Shown piece by piece: positions 14,842 through 23,697 of a stretch of DNA of 30,525 bases. How positions within the stretch are numbered: position 1 is the first letter of the stretch; the number at the start of each line of letters is the position of its first letter. Under the pieces are notes generated by a model that did not search any database, was not told the DNA's origin, and was given only the letters and a program-made list of their open reading frames with translations. The stretch is from the NCBI GenBank assembly GCA_044359315.1, contig JBIKMK010000001.1, positions 1 to 30,525 of the forward strand, in the 5' to 3' direction. This DNA is from Bryobacteraceae bacterium (GTDB lineage: Bacteria > Acidobacteriota > Terriglobia > Bryobacterales > Bryobacteraceae). Position numbers and translations under genes: made by a program.

Positions 14842-16917
14842 ATGGCCACGCCAGCCACGGCATCGGGCAAACTGCCACTGACAGCCAAGGAGATCTCCTG
14901 GGGCGACCTCGCCGTCCCGCTGACCGTGCTGGGCATCGTGATGGCGATGATCGTGCCGTTGCCGTCGGTGCTGATCGATCTGCTGATCTCGGCCAACATT
15001 GCCATCTCGGTGGTGGTGCTACTGGTGGCGTTGTACATCACCAAGCCGGTCGAATTCAGCGTCTTCCCTACGACCCTGCTGTTGTTGACCCTGTTCCGGC
15101 TGGCACTGAACATCTCTTCTTCGCGCCTGATCCTGCTGGACGGCATGAAAGGCACGGCGGCGGCGGGACATGTCATCGATGCGTTCGGCAACTTTGTCGT
15201 GGGCGGCAACTTCATCATCGGTCTCGTCATCTTCCTGGTGCTGATCGCCATCCAGTATGTGGTCATCAACCATGGCGCGGTGCGCATTTCAGAAGTCACG
15301 GCGCGCTTCACCCTGGACGCCTTGCCCGGCAAACAGATGTCGATCGACGCGGACTTGAACGCCGGCTTGATCGACGAAAGCGAAGCCCGTATCCGGCGCC
15401 GAGCATTGGCGGCGGAAGCGGAATTCTACGGCGCCATGGATGGTGCGTCCCGTTTCACCCAGCGAGACGCGGTGGCGGGCATTCTGATTACGGCCATCAA
15501 TATCATCGCCGGCTTCTTGATTGGCGTCCTGCAGCACGGCATGGACATCAACAAGGCCCTGAAGACCTATACCGTGCTGACCATCGGCGATGGTCTGGTC
15601 ACTGTGATTCCGGCGCTGATGATCTCCATTTCGGGTGGCCTGATTGTTACCCGCGCGGGTGCGGACACACAGTTGGCGGGCGAGTTCCGCAAGCAGGTGT
15701 TTGGGGCAGCGGAGCCCATCTATCTGGCCGCCGCGGTCCTGGTGGCCATTGCGATGGTGCCCGGCCTGCCGAAGATTCCATTTCTGGCCTTGAGTGGCGG
15801 CCTGGCCTACATGGCCCGGAGTCTCACCCGCAAGGCGGCGGATGCCGAAGCGCAGAAGCCGGCGGCGGCATCGTCCACCCAAGCGGCCAAAGACACGCCG
15901 GAATCGATGCTGAAGGTGGAGCCGGTGTCGGTGGAAGTGGGCTTGGGCCTGGTGAAGTTAGTGGAAGGTGGAGCGAATTCGCCGCTGCTGCGTCGGATTG
16001 CGGGCATCCGCAAGCAACTGGCGGCCGATCTGGGCTTTGTCCTGCCCGCCGTGCGCGTCACCGACAATCTGGGCCTGCGGGCCCGGGAGTACTCCGTCCT
16101 GCTGAAGGGCGTCGAAATTGCCCGATACGAGTTGCCGGCGGGATGTGAACTTGCGCTCGCGCCCGGCGGCCGGCGGGCGGCTTCGATTGAAGGCATGCCC
16201 GCCAAGGAGCCGGCGTTTGGTCTCGATGCTCTCTGGATTCCCGCTGCCTCGGCCGACGCCGCGCGCGAGGCGGGCTACACCGTGGTGGACCCGGTCAGCG
16301 TGCTGGCCACTCACTTTGCCGAACTGGTCCGGCGGCACGCGCACGAACTGTTTGGACGGCAGGATGCCAAGAAGCTGCTGGACCGGGTGGCGGAGGAGAA
16401 CCCCCGGGTGGTGGAGGATCTGGTGCCGAAGCTGCTGAGCTTGGCCACGGTCCAGAAGGTCATGCAGAACCTGCTGCGGGAGCGGGTGACGATCCGGGAT
16501 GCGGTCTCGATTCTAGAGGCGTTGGGCGAGGCGGCGCAGATCTCGCACAACCCCATCCTGCTGACCGAATACGTCCGGCAAGCGATCCGGCGGGCGGTGG
16601 TGCGGCCCTATCTAAGCGGCCAGGATCTCCGGGCCTGGTTCCTGGAGCCTAGCGTGGAGCAGGCGTTTGAAGGGGCGGTGGAGCACGGCGAGCACTCTTC
16701 GCACCTAAACCTGCCGCCGCAGCGGATCCGGGATTTGGTGGACCGCCTAACCTCCATCGCCGGACCAGCCGATGCTTCCACTGTGCTGATTACCGGAATG
16801 CAGGCCCGTCCATTCATCCGATTGATTGCGGAACCGAGTCTGCCGGGTCTGGTGGTGTTATCGCCCAATGAACTGCCGCCCGGGGTGCGGCTGATCTCGA
16901 ACGGAACGGTAGGTTGA
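14842..16917 (+). CDS. flhA: Flagellar export ATPase-docking protein FlhA
   Basis: FSVFPTTLLLLTLFRLALNISSSRLIL, RISEVTARFTLDALPGKQMSIDADLNAG, FYGAMDGASRF; SD AAGGAG. Confidence 0.98.
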   Translation: MATPATASGKLPLTAKEISWGDLAVPLTVLGIVMAMIVPLPSVLIDLLISANIAISVVVLLVALYITKPVEFSVFPTTLLLLTLFRLALNISSSRLILLDGMKGTAAAGHVIDAFGNFVVGGNFIIGLVIFLVLIAIQYVVINHGAVRISEVTARFTLDALPGKQMSIDADLNAGLIDESEARIRRRALAAEAEFYGAMDGASRFTQRDAVAGILITAINIIAGFLIGVLQHGMDINKALKTYTVLTIGDGLVTVIPALMISISGGLIVTRAGADTQLAGEFRKQVFGAAEPIYLAAAVLVAIAMVPGLPKIPFLALSGGLAYMARSLTRKAADAEAQKPAAASSTQAAKDTPESMLKVEPVSVEVGLGLVKLVEGGANSPLLRRIAGIRKQLAADLGFVLPAVRVTDNLGLRAREYSVLLKGVEIARYELPAGCELALAPGGRRAASIEGMPAKEPAFGLDALWIPAASADAAREAGYTVVDPVSVLATHFAELVRRHAHELFGRQDAKKLLDRVAEENPRVVEDLVPKLLSLATVQKVMQNLLRERVTIRDAVSILEALGEAAQISHNPILLTEYVRQAIRRAVVRPYLSGQDLRAWFLEPSVEQAFEGAVEHGEHSSHLNLPPQRIRDLVDRLTSIAGPADASTVLITGMQARPFIRLIAEPSLPGLVVLSPNELPPGVRLISNGTVG

Positions 16918-16960
16918 GCGGATCGAGTAGCCGCCGCGGCCCCCGCCAAGGAGCAGTCTG

Positions 16961-17968
16961 ATGCGCATCAAGTCATATTTTTCGGCAACGGTTGAAGCCG
17001 CCGTCTCTAAGGCCCGTCAGGAACTGGGCGATGACGCACTGTTGCTGAATGCCCGGCCCTCACCCGATGATGCACTGCATCTGGGCGCGTACGAAGTTGT
17101 CTTCGGTATCGAAACACCCGTTGTGCCGCCTCCCGCGCCACCCACGGCACGCGCTGAGCGGCCTGCCGCCCCGCCACCGGCCCCGCTGCCCGATCCCGCC
17201 ATCGATGACCCGGACAGCCTGGCCGGATTCCTGGCGCGTCAGGACATCTCGCCCGCCTTGATTCAGGCCATCGAAACCAGCCTGGATGACGACACCGTGA
17301 CGGAGCAACAGCTGATCCGGGCGCTGTCGCGGAGGTTGAACGTCAATTCGTCGCTGAACGGCCCCATCGCCTTTGTGGGCCCGCCGGGTAGCGGCAAAAC
17401 CACTTTGCTGGTGAAGCTGGCGATCCGGGAGTCAGCTGACCAGGCCGTGACGGTGGTGTGTGCGGATTCGCAACGGATTGCTGCCGCGGAGCAACTGCGG
17501 ACGCTGTGTTCGATCGCCGGTCTGACATTTGAGTACGCCGGGGAGCCCGAAACGCTGGCCCCTATCGTCGACGCGCATCACGCCGCCGGACGGCTGGTAC
17601 TGATTGATCTACCAGGGTTTGGGCCTTCAGAACTAGGGCCGGCCAGGGCTTGGCAGGCGGCGCTGGCGAAAATTTCTTCACTAACCCCGGTTTTAACCTT
17701 AACGGCAACCGCCCGCACTGCCGATCTAAGGGGTATGGTGGGGCACTACCGGATGTTCAAGCCCCAACGGCTGGCATTCACCCATCTGGATGAGACCGGT
17801 ATCTGGGGTGGTGTGTACAGTGCGGCCGGGGAGACAGGTTGGCCAGTGGGTTGGCTGACTACCGGGCAATCGATTCCCGAGGATGTCGAAGACGCCTCGG
17901 TACGGCGCATCGTGGACGGTCTGATGGGGTTGGCAGGCAAGGCACGGGCGGCGGCAGCAGCAGGATAG
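16961..17968 (+). CDS. flhF: SRP-family GTPase FlhF
   Basis: MRIKSYF.A.VE.A...ARQELG.DALLL N-terminus; P-loop GPPGSGKTT; DLPG; THLDE; GWLTTGQSIPEDVE. Confidence 0.9.
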   Translation: MRIKSYFSATVEAAVSKARQELGDDALLLNARPSPDDALHLGAYEVVFGIETPVVPPPAPPTARAERPAAPPPAPLPDPAIDDPDSLAGFLARQDISPALIQAIETSLDDDTVTEQQLIRALSRRLNVNSSLNGPIAFVGPPGSGKTTLLVKLAIRESADQAVTVVCADSQRIAAAEQLRTLCSIAGLTFEYAGEPETLAPIVDAHHAAGRLVLIDLPGFGPSELGPARAWQAALAKISSLTPVLTLTATARTADLRGMVGHYRMFKPQRLAFTHLDETGIWGGVYSAAGETGWPVGWLTTGQSIPEDVEDASVRRIVDGLMGLAGKARAAAAAG

Positions 17969-17970
17969 AC

Positions 17971-18753
17971 ATGAGTAAACGGTATGGCACAGCAACGGCA
18001 ACGGAGACCGAAAGCGGCGAACGCGAACGGCTGATCCTGGAGCACATGCCTCAGGTGCGGCTGATCGCGCGGCGCATCCATGAGCGGTTGCCGGAAAGCG
18101 TCAGCCTGGAAGACCTCATCTCTACCGGCGTCATTGGTCTGATCTCAGCCATTGACCGTTTTGACCCTGGCCACAACGTGAAACTGAAGACCTACGCCGA
18201 ATACAAGATCCGCGGGGCTATTCTCGACAGCCTCCGGGGCCTGGACTGGGCACCCCGCCAACAGCGCAAACGCGCCAAGCAGATCGAGGCCGCCATCGGC
18301 CTGCTGGAACAGAGCTTTAAGCGGCAACCCACCGAAGATGAGATCGCCGCCGAGTTGAAGATCGAGATCGTCGAGTACCGCGAATGGCTGCTTGATTCCC
18401 GCAGCGTCAATATCGGCAGCCTGGAAAGCAGCGCCCCGGAAGAAGAAGGCCGTGACCTGCTGAAGTTCATCTCCGACAAGGAGGAGAACTGGCCCAACCG
18501 CCTGCTGGAGCGTTCCGAACTGGAACGGCTACTGGCCGAGGCGATCGAGAAGATGCCGCAAATTGAGCGCACCGTCTTGAGCTTCTACTATCACGAAGAG
18601 CTCACCTTGCGCGAGATTGCCCGCATCGTCGATCTCCATGAGTCACGCATCTCGCAGCTGAAGTCACAGGCGATCCTTCGCCTCCGCGCTTACATCGAGA
18701 AGCGCTGGCCGATGATGAAAGGCAGCCCCCCCGCGGGTGGGCGTAAACGCTAG
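17971..18753 (+). CDS. fliA: Flagellar RNA polymerase sigma factor FliA (sigma28/WhiG family)
   Basis: RERLILEH.P.VR.IA.RI...EDLIS.GVIGLI.AIDRFDP...KLKTYAEYKIRGAILDSLR.LDW.PR...YY.EELTLREIA....LHESRISQL.SQA; ATG 17971 just after the flhF stop. Confidence 0.96.
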   Translation: MSKRYGTATATETESGERERLILEHMPQVRLIARRIHERLPESVSLEDLISTGVIGLISAIDRFDPGHNVKLKTYAEYKIRGAILDSLRGLDWAPRQQRKRAKQIEAAIGLLEQSFKRQPTEDEIAAELKIEIVEYREWLLDSRSVNIGSLESSAPEEEGRDLLKFISDKEENWPNRLLERSELERLLAEAIEKMPQIERTVLSFYYHEELTLREIARIVDLHESRISQLKSQAILRLRAYIEKRWPMMKGSPPAGGRKR

Positions 18754-18759
18754 GTCAAC

Positions 18760-19623
18760 GTGTCCGAGCTTGCCTCACATAACGAACTGATCAGCTGGCT
18801 CCGCACCCGTTTTGAGGAGAAGCTGGCCGACGTCATCGATTCGATGACTGGCGAACGGCCCACCATCACGGCGGTGGAAGCCAGCGAACCACTGGAGCGG
18901 GACGCCTCAGCCGTCGCCTGGTTGACCCCTGTGTCACTGGGTCCGGAAGCGGGCCTCGCCACCGTGTTCCCCATGGAAACGTGGCGGGCGATCGGACAGA
19001 AAGCACTCGAAGCCGTCGGCATTGAAGACGGTGACGACGACAGCATCCGCGGCACGTTCCTGGAAATTCAGAGCCAGGCCCTCACCTCCGTCCTATGGGA
19101 TTTGGGCCAGCGAGCGAAGGTAGAGATCAGCATGGAATCCGGCCGCGCGCTGGAGCCCACCGATACCTTCGACTTCCAGCGGTTCCAGTTGCAGAACGGT
19201 TCGCCATTCGAGTTTGGCGTGTCCAGCGCCTTGGTGGACCAGGTGATCTCCATCGCCAGCGAGGCCGAGAAGCCTCGCGAAGCCCGGGCGGCTGCGGCCA
19301 GTAGCTCCGGTGGTGCCAGCACCACTCGCGCCGAATCGACGGATTCGGCCGCCTCCGGGCCCGCCTCTACGCTCGATCTGCTGCTGGATGTGGAGTTGCC
19401 GGTCAGTGTCTCCTTTGGCCGGGCCCAGGTGCCGCTGAAAGACGTGCTGAAACTCACCTCCGGCTCCATTGTGGAACTCAACCGGACGGTGGCCGAACCC
19501 GTCGAAATCATCGTCAACAATTGTGTGATCGCCCGCGGCGAAGTGGTCGTCGTCGAGGGCAACTACGGCATCCGTATCCAGGAAATCATCAGCCGCGCGG
19601 AGCGGCTACGGACACTCAACTGA
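18760..19623 (+). CDS. FliY-like switch protein: divergent N-terminal domain plus C-terminal FliN (SpoA) domain
   Basis: C-terminal LDLLLDVELPVSVSFGRAQVPLKDVLKLTSGSIVELNRTVAEPVEIIVNN.VIARGEVVVVEGNYGIRI is FliN-type; the ~190-aa N-terminal part plus linker occupies the position of the CheC-like domain of FliY. Confidence 0.8.
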   Translation: MSELASHNELISWLRTRFEEKLADVIDSMTGERPTITAVEASEPLERDASAVAWLTPVSLGPEAGLATVFPMETWRAIGQKALEAVGIEDGDDDSIRGTFLEIQSQALTSVLWDLGQRAKVEISMESGRALEPTDTFDFQRFQLQNGSPFEFGVSSALVDQVISIASEAEKPREARAAAASSSGGASTTRAESTDSAASGPASTLDLLLDVELPVSVSFGRAQVPLKDVLKLTSGSIVELNRTVAEPVEIIVNNCVIARGEVVVVEGNYGIRIQEIISRAERLRTLN

Positions 19624-19943
19624 TGATCAACCTCTATATCGCCCTTACGCTTTATGTGTCGCTGGCCGCTGTTGCCGGGGCGGCACTCTGGGGCTATCTC
19701 CATCTGAGCCGCGAGATAGCGTTACTGAAGCGCCGGAACTCGCCCGCCCACGGGCTTCCCGCCGCCGCACCTGCTTCGCCGCCTAAGTCCGTGCGTGGCG
19801 TCAACCTGGATGCCCGGGCGCAGATCCTGCGGATGGATCGCCAAGGCGAGGCCAGCCCCACCATTGCCGCTGCCGTGGGGGTGCCCCAGGCAGAAGTGGA
19901 ACTGACATTAAAGCTAGACCGCATCCGCTCCGCCGGTGCCTAG
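19623..19943 (+). CDS. Small membrane-anchored protein with C-terminal HTH-like segment (DUF2802-like), last gene of the flagellar operon
   Basis: ATG overlaps the upstream stop (TGATG); N-terminal TM (LYIALTLYVSLAAVAGAALWGYL); C-terminal R.QILRM.RQGE....IAAAVGVPQAEVEL.LKL. Confidence 0.65.
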   Translation: MINLYIALTLYVSLAAVAGAALWGYLHLSREIALLKRRNSPAHGLPAAAPASPPKSVRGVNLDARAQILRMDRQGEASPTIAAAVGVPQAEVELTLKLDRIRSAGA

Positions 19944-19990
19944 CCAGCGGCCCTAATTGAGGGCATGCCCCGCGCGCATGGCGGTTGGGC

Positions 19991-21157
19991 TTAGCCCTTG
20001 TACCAGATGCGCCAGATCTTGTTGTTGCCGTCTTCCGACACCAGCATGCTGCCATCAGCCAACTGCAGCAGGCCCACCGGGCGGCCCCAGACTTCCTTGT
20101 CATCCGGTCCCATCATCCAGCCGGACAGAAACTCTTCGGGCGGCCCTGCGGGCTTGCCGCCCTTGAAGGGCACAAACACCACGGAGTAACCGACCCGTTT
20201 GGCGCGATTGGAGGAACCGCGATAGGCCAGAAATGCGCCATTGCGGTACTTGGCGGGGAACTTCTTGCTGGAGCTGAAGATGAAATCCATCACGGCGGCG
20301 TGGGCTGGAAGGATCACGTCAGGCACCACCGTCTTGGCCACCAGTTCCGGCGCCTCACCTTTGCGGCGAGGCTCTTCGTTGGGCCCGATGTAGGCATAGG
20401 GCCAGCCGTAGAAGGCGCCCGGCTTGATCTCGGTGAAGAAGTCCGGCACCAGATCGTCACCCAACCCATCGCGCTCCTGCACGGTAGACCACAGCTTGCC
20501 GGATTCAGGATTCATCCGGATCGACACCGGATTCCGCAGACCACCGGCCATCACGGAGTGGCCGGAACCGTCCGGGTTATAGACGTTAACGGCCGCGCGA
20601 TCCTTCGGGTCGCCGGGATCCACATTGGAGGCCGAACCGACCGAGACATAAAGCTTCTCGCCCTTCTTGTCGAACGCCAGGCCGCGCGTCCAGTGGCCCT
20701 TGCCGTAGCCCTTCAGCGGCACAATCTCTTCCGCCGCGCCCACGGTGACCGCTTTGGCGTCCAACTTATAACGTTTGATCGCCTGGGCTTCGGCGACGTA
20801 GAGGTAGTCTTTCCACAGCGCCATGCCGAACGGCCGGTCCAGGCCCGAAATCAGCTTCTTGGGGGCCGAGCCAGGCGTCACCACCAGCACCGACCCGTCG
20901 GCGACGCTCTCGGTGACCAGCACCGGCCCGCCAGGCACTTCCAACATAAAGCGCGGCTTCGTGAAGCCACTGGCGAACTCCTCAGCCACAAACCCAGCGG
21001 GCAACTTCAACTGACGATCGGCCGGTTTGGCCACCACTTTCGCCGGATTGCTAGCCGAGGGCGTGGCGTTGGGGGGCGGCAGGGTGATCTTGGGACTCTG
21101 CGCGACGGCGGCCACGGCCAGAATGGCCAACAGGAGGAAACGGATGGAGTTCATCAT
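19991..21157 (-). CDS. Secreted PQQ-dependent sugar/L-sorbosone dehydrogenase family beta-propeller protein
   Basis: Signal peptide; LKLPAGF.AEEFASG..KPR, PFGMA, HWTR.LAF, GLRNPV, ERDGLGDDLVPD, FYGWPYAY, FLSGW....VWGRPVGL.QLADGS.LVSED.N..IWRI.Y. Confidence 0.88.
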   Translation of the reverse strand: MMNSIRFLLLAILAVAAVAQSPKITLPPPNATPSASNPAKVVAKPADRQLKLPAGFVAEEFASGFTKPRFMLEVPGGPVLVTESVADGSVLVVTPGSAPKKLISGLDRPFGMALWKDYLYVAEAQAIKRYKLDAKAVTVGAAEEIVPLKGYGKGHWTRGLAFDKKGEKLYVSVGSASNVDPGDPKDRAAVNVYNPDGSGHSVMAGGLRNPVSIRMNPESGKLWSTVQERDGLGDDLVPDFFTEIKPGAFYGWPYAYIGPNEEPRRKGEAPELVAKTVVPDVILPAHAAVMDFIFSSSKKFPAKYRNGAFLAYRGSSNRAKRVGYSVVFVPFKGGKPAGPPEEFLSGWMMGPDDKEVWGRPVGLLQLADGSMLVSEDGNNKIWRIWYKG

Positions 21158-21336
21158 TGCAGTTCTGGCTTATGAGTCTATCATCGGCCCCAGCCCTTCC
21201 GGCAACTGGTTGCTGCCCTTTTCCGGCGGCGGGCCGCACCGCGCGGACAAAAGTAATTTGTGAGAATCTGATCATGTTGAATGGATCTGCCATCGGCGCT
21301 TGATGCGGGATGGCCACCGCTCGGTCTCTGCCCCAA

Positions 21337-23670
21337 ATGATCGGCCAACTCTTATCTCACTACCGGATCGAGCGTGAGTTGGGGCGCGGTGGCATGGGCG
21401 TGGTTTATCTGGCTTTCGACGAGCGTTTGCAGCGCCGGGTGGCCCTTAAGTTGCTGTTGCCAAGCTCCGTTGACCGGCCTGATCGCCCCCGCCGCTTCGA
21501 GCGCGAAGCACTGAGCGCCGCGGCAGTGAATCATCCCAACATCGTGCATATCTATGAGGTGGGGGAGCATGAAGGCGCTTGCTTCCTGGCGATGGAATAT
21601 GTCGAGGGCGAAAGCCTGCGCCAGCGGATCGCCCGTGGACCGCTGCCCGTTCCCGAGATTCGGCGTTTGGGCGCACAGATGGCGGATGCGTTGCGGGCGG
21701 CTCATCAAGCGGGGATCCTCCATCGCGATATCAAACCGGAAAACATTCTCCTGACGGCCCAGGGTGATGCCAAGTTGATGGACTTTGGCTTGGCGCGCCT
21801 GCAGAAGCCCGACGGACCGATCTCTGACGACACGATCACACTGCTCACCATGCACGGCCAAGTGGTGGGCACACCGAATTATATGAGCCCGGAACAGGCT
21901 CTGGGCCGCGACATCGACGCCCGTTCCGATCTGTTCTCCCTCGGTGCGGTGCTGTACGAAATGGCTACCGGAAAGCCCGCCTTTGCCGCGCGTTCCGTGT
22001 TCGAGACGATGGAACGGGTGGTGAGGATACAGCCGGTGATGCCGCCGATCGGCGATCTGGCCACCGTGATCGGCCGCTGCTTGGCCAAAAACCGGGATCA
22101 GCGCTATGCCTCGGCTTCCGCTCTGTGGCAGGAACTCCGCTCCGACGGCTCCAGTGCATTCACTCCTCACCTGCCGCTGCCCGAGTTTCCGTCCGTCCCG
22201 GCACCAGCCACCACGGTGGTTTCCACGCGCCGCCGCTGGCTGGCGGGGGCGGCCTTGGGGACCACTGCCGTGGTTGGCGGGACCATCTATTGGCGCCAGC
22301 GGCCCGAACCAATCCGCTCGCTGGCGGTACTACCATTTTCTGGCCCACCGGAACTCGACTACCTGAACGAAGGCATGGCGGAGCTGATGGTGGCGGACCT
22401 GACCCAGCTTTCGTCCATCCGTGTGGTCCCGCTTTCAGTGGCGCGCCGCGCAGTAAAGCCTGGTCTCAGCCCGTCCGCCATTGGCGCAGCCCTGGGGGCC
22501 GATGCGGTGCTTCGCGGCGAGCTGTCGGCGCGCACTGGCGGCTTTGACCTGAGGGTGCAACTGTTCCTGTCCAACCGTGGTTCGGTCGCTTGGTCCGGTC
22601 GCCACCAGGGCTCTGCCAAACAACCGGAGTTGGTGCTGGCGGAGGTGCTGCAGCAGTTGGTGCCGCGGCTGTCGCCGGAGGGCCGGGTAGTGGCCGGCGG
22701 CGGACCCCGGATCACGTCCGATGCCTACCGGCTTTACGTCAAGGGCCGTTATCATCTGGACCTCCGCAGCCTGGACGACCTCAAGGCCGCCGCCGGCCTG
22801 TTTCAGCAATCGATCGAGCGGGACCGCAATTATGCCCCTGCCTATGCGGGCTTGGCGAATGCTTACACCCTCCTGACGGTCTACGGCAGTCAAGCCCCCA
22901 CCGCGTTCCTCAAGCAAGCCCTCCAAATGGCCCATCAGGCCGTGCTGCTTGACGGCCGGAACGCGGAAGCACTGATTTCCCGGGCCTTTGCCCGCACGAT
23001 TTCCCTTTACGAGTGGGCCGAAGCCGAACAGGACTACCGTCAAGCACTGACCATTGATCCCGAAAATGCCGGTGCTCACCGCTGGCTGGGGGCCAGTGTC
23101 CTGGCGCCTCAGGGCCGCCATGAAGAAGCCTTGATCGAACTGCAGCGCGCCGTGGATTTGGAACCATCCCCGGTGAACCGCACGATGTTGGCGACGGGTC
23201 ATTATTTCGCTCGCCGGTATGACCGGGCGATCCAGGCGCTGCGATCGGTGGAGCCACTATTCGCCTCCTTGCCCCAGGCCGCAACCACCATGGCCCTGGC
23301 GCTGTTGGCCAGTAAGCGGGCACCCGAGGCGGTTGCGCTACTGGAGGCGTTGCCCGGTAGCCGGGATCCCGCGGCCCACGCCGCACCCTTTCTGGCCTAT
23401 GCCTGGATAGTGGCCGGACGTGCGGCCGCGGGGGCACAACTGGCCCGCGCCATCGATGAGGGAGCTCAGTACGTGTTTCTTTCTCCCGTTTCACGTTCCT
23501 ATACGTGGCTGGCCTTGGGCCAAACCGGCCGGGCTTTGGGCCTGATGGAAGAAGGCATTGGATTACGGGATGTGCAATCCATTTTCCTGAAGGCCGACAC
23601 TCGCTCCGATGGCCTGCTTTCACTGCCCCGGTTTCGTGCCGCGCTGTCCCGGATGAGGCTTGACAGATAG
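21337..23670 (+). CDS. Hanks-type Ser/Thr protein kinase with putative TM segment, TolB-N-like domain and TPR repeats
   Basis: LGRGGMGVVY, VALK, HRDIKPENIL, DFGLA, GTPNYMSPEQ, DLFSLG; RRRW followed by a hydrophobic stretch; SLAVLPF; TPR helices (AYRLYVKGRY, YAPAYAGLANAY, AEQDYRQAL.IDP). ATG 21337 preferred over 21310. Confidence 0.92.
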   Translation: MIGQLLSHYRIERELGRGGMGVVYLAFDERLQRRVALKLLLPSSVDRPDRPRRFEREALSAAAVNHPNIVHIYEVGEHEGACFLAMEYVEGESLRQRIARGPLPVPEIRRLGAQMADALRAAHQAGILHRDIKPENILLTAQGDAKLMDFGLARLQKPDGPISDDTITLLTMHGQVVGTPNYMSPEQALGRDIDARSDLFSLGAVLYEMATGKPAFAARSVFETMERVVRIQPVMPPIGDLATVIGRCLAKNRDQRYASASALWQELRSDGSSAFTPHLPLPEFPSVPAPATTVVSTRRRWLAGAALGTTAVVGGTIYWRQRPEPIRSLAVLPFSGPPELDYLNEGMAELMVADLTQLSSIRVVPLSVARRAVKPGLSPSAIGAALGADAVLRGELSARTGGFDLRVQLFLSNRGSVAWSGRHQGSAKQPELVLAEVLQQLVPRLSPEGRVVAGGGPRITSDAYRLYVKGRYHLDLRSLDDLKAAAGLFQQSIERDRNYAPAYAGLANAYTLLTVYGSQAPTAFLKQALQMAHQAVLLDGRNAEALISRAFARTISLYEWAEAEQDYRQALTIDPENAGAHRWLGASVLAPQGRHEEALIELQRAVDLEPSPVNRTMLATGHYFARRYDRAIQALRSVEPLFASLPQAATTMALALLASKRAPEAVALLEALPGSRDPAAHAAPFLAYAWIVAGRAAAGAQLARAIDEGAQYVFLSPVSRSYTWLALGQTGRALGLMEEGIGLRDVQSIFLKADTRSDGLLSLPRFRAALSRMRLDR

Positions 23671-23697
23671 CTCTAGACCACTTACACTCGCAGACCT

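Noticed and set aside
14703-16148. 481-aa alternative-frame ORF overlapping flhA, plus other long shadow ORFs (1225-2007 -, 9016-10074 -, 19985-21175 +, 21352-22170 -, 24339-25106 -)
   Set aside because: They overlap well-supported genes, translate to Arg/Gly/Pro/His-rich sequence with no family motifs, and are expected from stop-codon scarcity in GC-rich DNA.
19944-19990. Short hairpins (GCCCT-AATTG-AGGGC) between convergent genes as a terminator
   Set aside because: 5-bp stem with no U-tract on either strand; too weak to call.
21337-23670. Kinase as a class III/IV lanthipeptide synthetase or thioviridamide TvaC-like tailoring kinase
   Set aside because: No lyase or cyclase domain, no HopA1 partner gene, the precursor has no Cys, and the architecture is that of a receptor-type Hanks kinase-TPR protein.
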